A stretch of DNA of 64,000 bases from a virus (lineage: Duplodnaviria; Caudoviricetes), in the IMG/VR virus record IMGVR_UViG_3300003962_000002, positions 15,229 through 79,228 of that record; one strand, given 5' to 3'. Shown one piece after another: positions 9,017 to 17,098 of this stretch. A program made the translations under genes and the position numbers. The notes beneath the pieces are model-generated. The model had not been told where the DNA came from. It did no database searches and saw only the letters and a list, made by a program, of their open reading frames with translations. How positions within the stretch are numbered: the first letter of the stretch is position 1; each line of letters begins with the position of its first letter.

Positions 9017-9206
9017 TCGAGTTACAAAATATCCTTATAAAATACATAAGACGATATTAATACCTTATGAGGCTGACGATAAACATATATTAGAATTGGT
9101 TGGTGAAAAATCCTCAACAATACTAGCTTCATATCCTATTGTCAATAAAGGCCGACAAGAAACAGCCTATATCATAGAGACCACAAAACACTACGAGGTA
9201 GACTAA
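9009..9206 (+). CDS. Hypothetical protein
   Basis: AGGAG RBS; 65 aa. Confidence 0.65.
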   Translation: MSSRVTKYPYKIHKTILIPYEADDKHILELVGEKSSTILASYPIVNKGRQETAYIIETTKHYEVD

Positions 9207-9637
9207 TGCCTAAGTTAGTCATAATGCGAGGTTTGCCAGCGTCAGGAAAGACTTTATACTCCTTTGGATTAGTCAAACAAGGATATAAACGAATTAACTT
9301 CGACGACTTACGGTTAATGATGGATAATGGAGAATACTCCAAAGCTAACGAAGCTTTTGTAGTTGATTGCGCTCAAACCATGACCGTACTAGCTTTGCAA
9401 TCAGGGCTTAATGTAGTTTATGATAATGTTAACTTTAATCCATATCATATTCAATGGGCAAGAGCCTTAACTAAACAACTCAATGCGGAGTTGGAGATAG
9501 TTGATATGACTACTTCTTTGGAAGAGTGTTTGGAGCGAGATTTAAACAGAACTAGTGGTAGAGTTGGTAAATCTGTTATTTTAAAACTTTATGATAAGTA
9601 TTTTGTTGACGGGAAGTATCCAGAGGTGATATTATGA
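9206..9637 (+). CDS. Polynucleotide-kinase-like P-loop kinase (PseT kinase domain / AAA_33)
   Basis: LVIMRGLPASGKT; RINFDDLR; VVYDNVN; LEECLERD..R. Confidence 0.85.
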   Translation: MPKLVIMRGLPASGKTLYSFGLVKQGYKRINFDDLRLMMDNGEYSKANEAFVVDCAQTMTVLALQSGLNVVYDNVNFNPYHIQWARALTKQLNAELEIVDMTTSLEECLERDLNRTSGRVGKSVILKLYDKYFVDGKYPEVIL

Positions 9638-9762
9638 TTTGGGTGTTAGGAACTATACTTTTTGTTATCGTTGTGGAATTTGTATCAGTGGTGTTGTTTT
9701 TGTACACGCTAAATAGAATGGAACAAGAGCTAACTGGGGAGTTCGATGAGGATGAAGAGTAA
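9634..9762 (+). CDS. 42-aa membrane peptide with acidic tail (not in ORF track)
   Basis: MIWVLGTILFVIVVEFVSVVLFLYTLNRMEQELTGEFDEDEE; GAGG RBS, ATGA overlap. Confidence 0.6.
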   Translation: MIWVLGTILFVIVVEFVSVVLFLYTLNRMEQELTGEFDEDEE

Positions 9763-9976
9763 TTCGACGATTGTTGAAGATTTAAAGTGTGTAAGCGTTA
9801 TATCTTTGTCGATATGGGCTTTCTTTATAGGGATGCACACCATTGCTAATTGTTTAGGTATGGTGGGCACTGGAGAAGAACTGAAGAAGGACATATGTAA
9901 CAAGCCTCCCCTTAGGATTGAGTATGTATTGCCGGGCCGTCAAATTTCTTGTTGGTTAATGAGGAGTCCAGAATGA
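9746..9976 (+). CDS. Hypothetical membrane/secreted protein
   Basis: Hydrophobic segment VSVISLSIWAFFIGM; start uncertain. Confidence 0.55.
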   Translation: MRMKSNSTIVEDLKCVSVISLSIWAFFIGMHTIANCLGMVGTGEELKKDICNKPPLRIEYVLPGRQISCWLMRSPE

Positions 9977-10245
9977 AGGTGCTTTTGTTGCTATCTTGTC
10001 TTATTAGTTGTGCCACTTCCTCCTACACTCTTAAATTCAAGATAGGAGAATGTGGTTATTTAGTGGACCCGGCCTCTGGACGAGGAAACAAAGACGATCT
10101 AGTAAGAGTTGACTCTATCTCTAAAACACATTATAATTATAGATGGATGACCTATCAGGGGGAGTGGGCTGTTGGAGTGGACAATAAAACTCATAAGAAG
10201 TTTGAACGACTATTCAAACCCATTGCATGTCCAACAGGTGAATAA
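9973..10245 (+). CDS. Putative lipoprotein
   Basis: ATG 9973 after GAGGAG; MKVLLLLSCLISC signal/lipobox; KIGEC motif. Confidence 0.7.
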   Translation: MKVLLLLSCLISCATSSYTLKFKIGECGYLVDPASGRGNKDDLVRVDSISKTHYNYRWMTYQGEWAVGVDNKTHKKFERLFKPIACPTGE

Positions 10246-10370
10246 TGTATAATGATTTGGTTATGTGGTGGCTACTGACAGATCCGTTTAACGAGTTTAA
10301 AGAGAACGAATATGACGACGAAGAAGAGAGGGAGGCCGAAGAAGACGATGACTACTTTGAAATCAAATAA
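10245..10370 (+). CDS. 41-aa highly acidic peptide (not in ORF track)
   Basis: MYNDLVMWWLLTDPFNEFKENEYDDEEEREAEEDDDYFEIK; TAATG overlap with upstream stop. Confidence 0.55.
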   Translation: MYNDLVMWWLLTDPFNEFKENEYDDEEEREAEEDDDYFEIK

Positions 10371-10767
10371 TCCATACAACCCTTCTGATGAAGGTAATTA
10401 TCTAGCTTGGGATCACGGCGCTAACTCTAAAAGTGATAGCGACTGCCCATATGAAGCGGACGACAAAGATAATCGACAATATCGAGACGCTTGGTTAAAA
10501 GGCTTCAGAACTAGTCCTCACTTCAAAGCCAAAAAGAAACCAGAAGCTTCAGTAGAACAAGAACTAGACGAGCAGATCAAAAGTCTAGAGGTCCAAATCA
10601 ACGAAGAACCATTAGCAGCGATATCAACTGAGTTATTGGAGTTGGAGCTTAGGAAACGTAAAACAAAAGAACTAGACGACCTGCTAATAACGGAACAAAA
10701 GATTGTACTGCAATTGCAACAGGTGCAAAAGCAGATTAAAAGATTACACATTTTAATGGGAGATTGA
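10312..10767 (+). CDS. Rmf/CrpP-like domain plus C-terminal coiled coil
   Basis: AWDHG.NSKSDSDCPYE.......YRDAWLKGFR resembles the RMF pattern G...G.....CPY.....R..WL.GW; start may be 10348. Confidence 0.65.
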   Translation: MTTKKRGRPKKTMTTLKSNNPYNPSDEGNYLAWDHGANSKSDSDCPYEADDKDNRQYRDAWLKGFRTSPHFKAKKKPEASVEQELDEQIKSLEVQINEEPLAAISTELLELELRKRKTKELDDLLITEQKIVLQLQQVQKQIKRLHILMGD

Positions 10768-10769
10768 GA

Positions 10770-11090
10770 ATGAAGGGTAAATTTCTAGGACTAATGCTTC
10801 TTGTGTTCGGATGTACTACCACAGGAACAACAGAAAAAACCTCTAACTTGGAGGTAGGTACTTGTCTCAAACTTACAGAAGCGCACCTTGCGACCATCAA
10901 GAACGAACAACAACGTAGTGTGAGTGGTTTCTATATTATTCAAATTAAAGACGTAGGATCTTCTTTTTATACTGCTGAAGTGACTATTTTTGGAAATCCT
11001 ATGGACGTAGTAGCCGTTCCAATTAAGAGTTTGGAAGAGATTACAGAAAAAACTAACTGTGAAACTTTTAATCCAACTCCAGTGCAGTAA
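10770..11090 (+). CDS. Putative lipoprotein
   Basis: MKGKFLGLMLLVFGC lipobox; EVGTC motif. Confidence 0.75.
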   Translation: MKGKFLGLMLLVFGCTTTGTTEKTSNLEVGTCLKLTEAHLATIKNEQQRSVSGFYIIQIKDVGSSFYTAEVTIFGNPMDVVAVPIKSLEEITEKTNCETFNPTPVQ

Positions 11091-11099
11091 AGAGACAAT

Positions 11100-11147
11100 A
11101 AAAAAAGAGATAGTCCAGCAAGCCGAGGAACAAGCTGATCTATCTCT
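11100..11147 (-). terminator. Intrinsic terminator for the minus-strand late block
   Basis: Stem AGAGATAG (11106-13)/CTATCTCT (11140-47) extended by CAGC/GCTG; A7 run 11100-06 gives U7 on the minus strand. Confidence 0.6.
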
Positions 11148-11152
11148 CTAAG

Positions 11153-11183
11153 GCCGGTAGGGGGTAATCTACCGGCTTTTCTT
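11153..11183 (+). terminator. Intrinsic terminator for the plus-strand block
   Basis: GCCGGTAG-ggggtaat-CTACCGGC followed by TTTTCTT. Confidence 0.8.
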
Positions 11184-11192
11184 ATATTTTAA

Positions 11193-11681
11193 TTAAACAA
11201 AAGCCTTTTTAACGCCGCTAAGAACCATACGAACTACTACATTGGATTCAGGACCAACATAAGTAGCTGCGTCGTCCAAACGAACGTGAGTAGCATCAAC
11301 AACCGATACTACTTGAAGCATTCGACCTTCCAACAAGCCTTCTTTAAATTGTACTAGGTCTCCAGGCTGTAGTCCTGAACCTGACAATACTGCTGCTGGC
11401 ATAGTCAAACGAATACCATAATCAAAGCCTGCGCCTGGATCAAAGTCAAACCTCTCTACCGCAGTCATAGAAGCTACGTATTCAAGAGCAGGTTCTTGAC
11501 CTAAGGAGTCATATCCAAAACTCTTATCCAGACGACGCTGAATACCTCTCATTACTTTCTGAGAGCCAGGAGAGTCCTGAAGTACTTCTTCCATTCGGTT
11601 CATTTTAACTACGTCTTGAGTGGCTTCTCGAACAGCCCTCTCTTTACGTTTAATCTTGTTAATCACTTTTTTAGCTGGCAT
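11193..11681 (-). CDS. Hypothetical protein (basic N-terminus, small beta-barrel C-terminus)
   Basis: AAGGA RBS; last gene of the minus-strand block. Confidence 0.75.
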   Translation of the reverse strand: MPAKKVINKIKRKERAVREATQDVVKMNRMEEVLQDSPGSQKVMRGIQRRLDKSFGYDSLGQEPALEYVASMTAVERFDFDPGAGFDYGIRLTMPAAVLSGSGLQPGDLVQFKEGLLEGRMLQVVSVVDATHVRLDDAATYVGPESNVVVRMVLSGVKKAFV

Positions 11682-11693
11682 TGTTTAAATTCC

Positions 11694-12263
11694 TTATACT
11701 TTGAAGTAACGACGGCCACCTGATTTACTAGCCGGATCTATGTCAGTATGTACCCAGTTGGTTCCGGGAGCATACTCCATACGTATGTTTAATTGCTCTA
11801 ATTTAGGCTCTAGAATCGCTCTGGATTGATCGCAGGTCTTACCCTTAGCACTCCAGTCCACCGCCTTAAAAGAACGATGTGCGCTCGTTTTAGACCCTTT
11901 TACGAAGGCGTTGTAGTCGGCTCCATGAAACTTGCTACCTGGACAATTAACAGAGGTAGGTCTTCCCCAACAGTGGACAGAAATAGGTAATCCGATTAAC
12001 TCCCTGATTTCATCCATCTTTTTGGCCATTTCCAATATATTCTTCTTTTCTTCTTCTGAAGGTATGTGTAATATTCCCCAAGAAGGTAGTAATAAAGCTT
12101 CTTTTACTTTAAAATATTTACTTATTTTAGCTTCTGGGTTATTCCAGTCTATTTCCATATTATTTTCTATCTTTTTTGGTTCCTCTTTTGGAAGTTCTTT
12201 TACTTCCTTTTTTTGAGGGTTTAGAAGAGCCTTTAAGATTGTGGCTAGAAAGTTTAGAAGCAT
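11694..12263 (-). CDS. Endolysin, peptidase M15-like
   Basis: SKYFK..E, R...N, SAH....AVD, WVHTD zinc-ligand pattern of M15 peptidases. Confidence 0.8.
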   Translation of the reverse strand: MLLNFLATILKALLNPQKKEVKELPKEEPKKIENNMEIDWNNPEAKISKYFKVKEALLLPSWGILHIPSEEEKKNILEMAKKMDEIRELIGLPISVHCWGRPTSVNCPGSKFHGADYNAFVKGSKTSAHRSFKAVDWSAKGKTCDQSRAILEPKLEQLNIRMEYAPGTNWVHTDIDPASKSGGRRYFKV

Positions 12264-12264
12264 C

Positions 12265-12714
12265 TTAATCTTCGTCCTCTTTTTCGACTTCTAGAAGGCG
12301 TTGTTGTATCTTGTATTTTCTTACTTCGGCGGATTCAGCTAAGTCTCCAATCATATTCTGCAAACCTAAAGATGCAGCTTTGTTCAATGATTCCAAGTCT
12401 TTATAGAATTCTGCTTCCAATTCTTGAGCAACTTCTAGCATCTCACAACAGCACATCTCTTCAACCTTATGCTCATTAAGAGTCTCGCAAACCACTGTAT
12501 TTACTGCTTTAGTTTCAAACTTACTTCTACCAAAAACTCCAATATAATTTTCTACTAAACGATCATACTGTCCTGTAAGATCTTCATAAGAACCGCCTAA
12601 GAATTCATGGTCAGCAAAGAAAGACTTACCGTGCGTTAGTTGGTGGCAATAATGATAGTATAGTTGTAGGATTCTAGCTGATATAATAGCTTTTATAAAA
12701 GTTACCTTGCTCAT
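12265..12714 (-). CDS. Ferritin/Dps-like four-helix protein (DUF5856-like)
   Basis: H.CHQLTHG.SFFADHEFLG..Y......DRLVE resembles the Dps motif HW.V.G..F...H..F...Y.......D..AE. Confidence 0.7.
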   Translation of the reverse strand: MSKVTFIKAIISARILQLYYHYCHQLTHGKSFFADHEFLGGSYEDLTGQYDRLVENYIGVFGRSKFETKAVNTVVCETLNEHKVEEMCCCEMLEVAQELEAEFYKDLESLNKAASLGLQNMIGDLAESAEVRKYKIQQRLLEVEKEDED

Positions 12715-12722
12715 ACTACCCC

Positions 12723-13529
12723 TTATAATAATTCACGTTTTACCACATTATACATAAAAATAAAGTCTGCTGGAGCTATTACTTTATTGTCGGTTCCTGA
12801 TACGTACTCCCTACAGTCTCTTTGCCATAAATATTCAGGTTTTCTGTCCATATGGTTTGGTAGTCTGTCTGGAGGAAAGTATCTCTCACTACTTAATATA
12901 GTATACACTTTTTCAAGGTCGCCGACAGCATATTGAAATAAAGCGTTATTTGGCTGCTCTTTACTGTGTTTTCTGAATAAATCTAGGTGTTTATCTTTTT
13001 TCTCTAGTTTATTTCTTATTAGTCCGTGGAGTACAGCTAAGTGGGTCTGGTAGCCTGAGGTGTGTTCTGATAGCCCTAGAGGGATCACACGTAGCCACCA
13101 CCTGCTTGGGCCTCCCAAACGATAACTAGCCCAGGCAAAGGTGCTTAGAAGGGCTGGAGTCATGATTGTGCGAGAGAGGTCGCCCTTCCCCATAATCAAG
13201 TTATGAGAAAGGGCGTATGAGATAACTTGCTCTAGAATATCTAACCTTTGTTTAAAGTAAGCATAGTACAAGATCCCAATGAACATATCCCTTGAAATCG
13301 TTGATTTACTGTGCGCAGGGTAACAAGGTTTAGAGCAAGGACGCCGGTGCCACATCCCAGTACTAGAATCGAAAGCAGCCTTTATATCAAATTTTACGTT
13401 AGGATCAATAGCCATTAGACAAGAAAAGAGAATACTATCACATTCGCCAGAGAATACAAATCCAGATTCGTCAATTACTTTAGGTAGTTGAGACAAGTAA
13501 AAGTTGTATTTATTATCTAAAGAATTCAT
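12723..13529 (-). CDS. Hypothetical alpha-helical protein
   Basis: 268-aa ORF; no family recognised. Confidence 0.75.
   Translation of the reverse strand: MNSLDNKYNFYLSQLPKVIDESGFVFSGECDSILFSCLMAIDPNVKFDIKAAFDSSTGMWHRRPCSKPCYPAHSKSTISRDMFIGILYYAYFKQRLDILEQVISYALSHNLIMGKGDLSRTIMTPALLSTFAWASYRLGGPSRWWLRVIPLGLSEHTSGYQTHLAVLHGLIRNKLEKKDKHLDLFRKHSKEQPNNALFQYAVGDLEKVYTILSSERYFPPDRLPNHMDRKPEYLWQRDCREYVSGTDNKVIAPADFIFMYNVVKRELL
12898..12916 (-). promoter_or_regulatory. Putative late promoter copy (TTGAAAAAGTGTATACTAT), inside a CDS
   Basis: Matches TTG-N5-G-KGTATACTAT, also seen at 35002, 49607 and 63182; lies upstream of the ferritin-like and endolysin genes. Confidence 0.55.
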
Positions 13530-13544
13530 ATAGTCATCTTTTTA

Positions 13545-13573
13545 TTGACAGTTATTTGAATATTGTATACAAA
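13545..13573 (+). promoter_or_regulatory. Possible sigma70-like promoter for the plus-strand island
   Basis: Perfect TTGACA at 13545-50; -10 only partial (TACAAA at 17 bp spacing). Confidence 0.35.
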
Positions 13574-13621
13574 GCTTATAGGAAGTGTTTGTGCGACATT
13601 TAACAAAAGGAGAATAAAACA

Positions 13622-13909
13622 ATGAAAACTAAAATTTTACTAACAGTTCTTGCAGGATGTATGTCAAACTTAGGATATGCAAGTGAGAAAGAAAATGCAA
13701 ATAAAAAACTAGATATTAAGTATGGTGATTGTGTAGAGTACACTGGCACCGCTCTATCTACTTATATGGACTTCTATCGGTGTAGTAAAACTGGTGAGGC
13801 TGTTGAAATCGATGAATCAGGATATAACGTTTTGTTTGTTTGTCAACCTATAGGCAAATATTTTTTTGTTGATGGAGAAAATCTTAAAAAATGTGAGAAG
13901 AAGAAATGA
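13622..13909 (+). CDS. Putative lipoprotein
   Basis: AAGGAG RBS; MKTKILLTVLAGC lipobox; KYGDC motif. Confidence 0.75.
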   Translation: MKTKILLTVLAGCMSNLGYASEKENANKKLDIKYGDCVEYTGTALSTYMDFYRCSKTGEAVEIDESGYNVLFVCQPIGKYFFVDGENLKKCEKKK

Positions 13910-14151
13910 GCATTTTCAATAAATTATGGAAAGAAGGTTGGTTCAATCCAAACCTAGATTTAGACCTCGATATAAAGGACATTAATCTCAATGAGCTTAA
14001 GGAAAAAGGTTCAACAATTGTCCAGAAACAGGCTCGGATTTATCGTATATCTATTCCAAAGGATAAAAGTCTAAACGATTTAAAGGAACAAGATGTTGAG
14101 ATAGAGGAATTGCCGGGAGTTTATATTAAAAAATGTGAGGGGAAGAAATGA
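13906..14151 (+). CDS. Hypothetical protein
   Basis: ATGA overlap. Confidence 0.7.
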   Translation: MSIFNKLWKEGWFNPNLDLDLDIKDINLNELKEKGSTIVQKQARIYRISIPKDKSLNDLKEQDVEIEELPGVYIKKCEGKK

Positions 14152-14516
14152 AATACCTAATCTTACTTATGTTATTAACTGGGTGTGCCTATCAATCAGA
14201 TTTTGACCGCTATGCGTCAGAAGTCAACAAAAGAATGGAGGAGTTAGAAACCAAAGTTGATAGAAATTTTGCTAATATTGAAAATTATCTAACTTGTGTT
14301 CATTACAATGGAATTACACTCTCGCATTATAAAGGAGAGCCTATGGTCATCTATACTTCCTTTGGAGCAGCTTATATACTATCGAAAGATGGAGACAAAC
14401 TCGTTTTGGTTCCGGTTGATCAAAATCTTAAAAAGAGAGTAATATCTCGTGAAGATCCAGAATGGGATAATCCTACTCTTTTCACAACAGGAGATTGCTA
14501 TCAGTATTTGAAGTAG
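14148..14516 (+). CDS. Putative lipoprotein
   Basis: MKYLILLMLLTGC lipobox followed by a short coiled coil. Confidence 0.75.
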   Translation: MKYLILLMLLTGCAYQSDFDRYASEVNKRMEELETKVDRNFANIENYLTCVHYNGITLSHYKGEPMVIYTSFGAAYILSKDGDKLVLVPVDQNLKKRVISREDPEWDNPTLFTTGDCYQYLK

Positions 14517-14536
14517 AGGGGATTGTGGCCCCTTTG
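14517..14536 (+). terminator. Possible weak terminator after the island
   Basis: AGGGG-attgtgg-CCCCT then TTG directly after the stop. Confidence 0.35.
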
Positions 14537-14600
14537 TATAGGTGCAAACACAGCCAGTAGTGATAGTAGAAATGGTGGGGTTTTTCGTTTAGAAACCTCA

Positions 14601-15092
14601 TTAGGCAATCCTCACTGCCCACAGACTATTTTCGTTATCTGGGTTAGTTAGCCCGCCAGTTATGGACGCACCTCTCAATGCTGCGTCTCCGCCTGCAGTT
14701 TTACGTACTCTAACTTTAAGAGTTTGGTCTGTGGTAGTCACTATTGGAATGCTACGTGCTACAGTAGTGAATGGAGTGCCTGTTGCACCGCCGACGAAAC
14801 CCGTAGAGCCTTCTATATTTCCATCGGTAGACAGGTTCATGACGGCGGAGGCATCGCCAGTCGATATGGACATACAAATGCCGTAACCGACCAACCAACA
14901 ACCTTTGGGTAGAGATATGGACATATCTGTGTCTGTATAACTGTCATTACCAATAGAGCCTGCCGCAAGTCCAGATGCCCCTACGCTTACAAACTTCTCC
15001 CCAATAATCCCACTAGGAACAGCCGTACCAGTAGTATCACCTACAATGTTTCTTGCTGACATATTCCGTATCTTAATATCCTGCTTAGCCAT
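14601..15092 (-). CDS. Tail fibre-associated protein
   Basis: TTGTAVPSGIIGE motif common in fibre accessory proteins; beta-rich; position at the end of the fibre cluster. Confidence 0.6.
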   Translation of the reverse strand: MAKQDIKIRNMSARNIVGDTTGTAVPSGIIGEKFVSVGASGLAAGSIGNDSYTDTDMSISLPKGCWLVGYGICMSISTGDASAVMNLSTDGNIEGSTGFVGGATGTPFTTVARSIPIVTTTDQTLKVRVRKTAGGDAALRGASITGGLTNPDNENSLWAVRIA

Positions 15093-15120
15093 ATTTCAAA
15101 TCCTTGTTTAGGAGTGTAGA

Positions 15121-15273
15121 TTATTCATCTGCTGGTTCTGGAACGTTTCCGTCCGCAAGCCAGAGAAGGTATTGTTGATAGTCGGAGTTAGCGGGGTCTG
15201 GAGGAACTGTATAAGTAATTCCATCTTTGGTCATCCAGATATTATCACTGCCATAAATTAATTTAAAAGTCAT
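15121..15273 (-). CDS. 50-aa tail fibre assembly-like small protein (not in ORF track)
   Basis: MTFKL...VPPDPANSDYQQYLLWLADGNVPEPADE; GAGG RBS; pattern typical of small proteins that follow fibre genes. Confidence 0.8.
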   Translation of the reverse strand: MTFKLIYGSDNIWMTKDGITYTVPPDPANSDYQQYLLWLADGNVPEPADE

Positions 15274-15283
15274 GTAATGCCTC

Positions 15284-16372
15284 TTACAATTCACTTAAAA
15301 GAAATATATCTTGGGATATAGTTAAAGTTGTATAACCTGCTGCCAAAGAAACATTGGCATTAAGCGCTCTGTCATATCCGATCCCAAAAGATGAGGGTTG
15401 TAATCTACTACCATAAAATATAAGAGTGGTTGTGCCTGAAGCATCACTCTTTTCACATAAAACATTGAAATTGGCGATTGTCGGAGAGGCTCGCATGGTA
15501 ACAGGTAGTAAAAAAGTTCCGCCCATCGTATTTGAAGTATTAATTAATACGGTATAACCAGAGGTAAAGTTAATAGTTGATGCGTTAAATTTCTGACAGT
15601 ACCTCTGACACAATTGTAATTCGTTGGCAATATTCTTTCCACATCTTGAAAACGGAACATTAGATACATCGTCATCAACTGATCCAATTTCAAATAATTG
15701 AACTCCGGTTAATTGAAATGTAGCTGCTGTGGTCCCGGCCCAGTTAGTGGCTCCCGAAAACGAATAGTATTGAGATCCTCCCACATTCCACTGATTTTGG
15801 GAAGTTTGCAAAGAAGATCCGGCAGATAATGACCAAAATATCTGCAAACCAATACCATCCCCTAAACCCCAAGTGGAGGCCGTGGTTGTATTTAGTTTAA
15901 CGGTTTTCTTTTCCCAAGTATTGGCTGAATTAATCACATAAGAAGTTACATAATTTGTGGTGTTCGCAGCATTTCCAAAAGATATTGGGAATGTTCCAGT
16001 TACCGATGATTTAACCCAGAAAGATACAGCTATGGCTTTTCCGTGTATTTCAGAATAATCATACCCTTCCATTCTGTATCCAATATAATACTGATCACTT
16101 GCTCCCGGAGAAGCTCCTGTGCCGTTTGTGATTAATAAAGATGAGGAGAATCCCCAGTCGCTTTCGGCGACAGTAGGCACATTCGTGGATCGAGCATAGG
16201 TGCTGGTGCCTGTAAAAACCGCAGTTTTGGCTGCGAAAAATCTATCCATGAGATATTGATTGGAAGCGCTAAGGTTTAGAGTAGAACCTCTTTGGTTAAA
16301 CTCCATTGCACCATTTATTATTAAATTTTTCTTTCCATCTAATCTATCTAAACGAGGTGTTAAGCTGCTCAT
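15284..16372 (-). CDS. Tail fibre protein with carbohydrate-binding-like beta-sandwich
   Basis: KNLIINGAMEFNQRG...SFWVKSS..GTF...WEKK...TGVQL...ELQLCQRY architecture widespread in phage fibres. Confidence 0.75.
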   Translation of the reverse strand: MSSLTPRLDRLDGKKNLIINGAMEFNQRGSTLNLSASNQYLMDRFFAAKTAVFTGTSTYARSTNVPTVAESDWGFSSSLLITNGTGASPGASDQYYIGYRMEGYDYSEIHGKAIAVSFWVKSSVTGTFPISFGNAANTTNYVTSYVINSANTWEKKTVKLNTTTASTWGLGDGIGLQIFWSLSAGSSLQTSQNQWNVGGSQYYSFSGATNWAGTTAATFQLTGVQLFEIGSVDDDVSNVPFSRCGKNIANELQLCQRYCQKFNASTINFTSGYTVLINTSNTMGGTFLLPVTMRASPTIANFNVLCEKSDASGTTTLIFYGSRLQPSSFGIGYDRALNANVSLAAGYTTLTISQDIFLLSEL

Positions 16373-16381
16373 ATTATTACC

Positions 16382-17086
16382 TTAATCTAACTTATAAGTT
16401 AAGTAAAAATGGAACCTTTGGGAGCCAGAGTTTGTAGTAAAAAAATTGAAAGTGCCTTTATTACTGTCACTAGTATAAGCGACTATTCGGTGTTGCTGAG
16501 GTGAGTTATTTTCCCAATGAGTGGTTCCGACAAGATTATTAGTATTTGTGAAGTTTGTGGCATTCCTGTCAATCGGAAGAGTAAGTCTACAAGCAGAATA
16601 GTTGCTGGGTGATGTTGCTGTGGCTAAAAAACTGCCCCACACTGTTACTGTGTTTCCGTCTCTCTTGTAATATGAAGTATCGCCAGATACTCCAGAGCAA
16701 TTGGTCTCTGAACCAACCTGAAGAACCGGAGTATAACTTCCTTCCTCAGATATTTCCAAAACCCTCCAATGAGCGGATGTTGTAGGAGTGGTTTGAAGAG
16801 ACATTAATAAAGCTTTGCCATTTTTGAAAAAAACCTTACTATTGCTATTTATAGTAGATCCATCAGAGGCTTTTACCGTACAACCCCAACTCGTAGACCT
16901 ATTATGGATCTCAAACACCTCACCAGCAATAACTCCTGCAGAGGGCAGGGTTACGTTCTTACTAGCTGTAAAGCCAGACCCAGTGATGATAAGTCTGGAT
17001 ACAGCGGGTAGGTTTCCAGATGTGAGATCTAGATTAGCATCTGCCGTGTGTATGTACGCTGTTTTAGGTTTTAATAGTTCAAGCAT
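16382..17086 (-). CDS. Tail fibre/receptor-binding protein
   Basis: S/T/G-rich, VTLPSA, EEGSYTP, SYYKRDGNTVTV. Confidence 0.65.
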   Translation of the reverse strand: MLELLKPKTAYIHTADANLDLTSGNLPAVSRLIITGSGFTASKNVTLPSAGVIAGEVFEIHNRSTSWGCTVKASDGSTINSNSKVFFKNGKALLMSLQTTPTTSAHWRVLEISEEGSYTPVLQVGSETNCSGVSGDTSYYKRDGNTVTVWGSFLATATSPSNYSACRLTLPIDRNATNFTNTNNLVGTTHWENNSPQQHRIVAYTSDSNKGTFNFFTTNSGSQRFHFYLTYKLD

Positions 17087-17098
17087 AGGTTTACCCTT

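Noticed and set aside
10312-10347. AT-hook-like KKRGRPKK at the start of the Rmf-like ORF
   Set aside because: May be an out-of-frame reading of the acidic 41-aa ORF 10245..10370; the true start could be 10348, so it is not claimed
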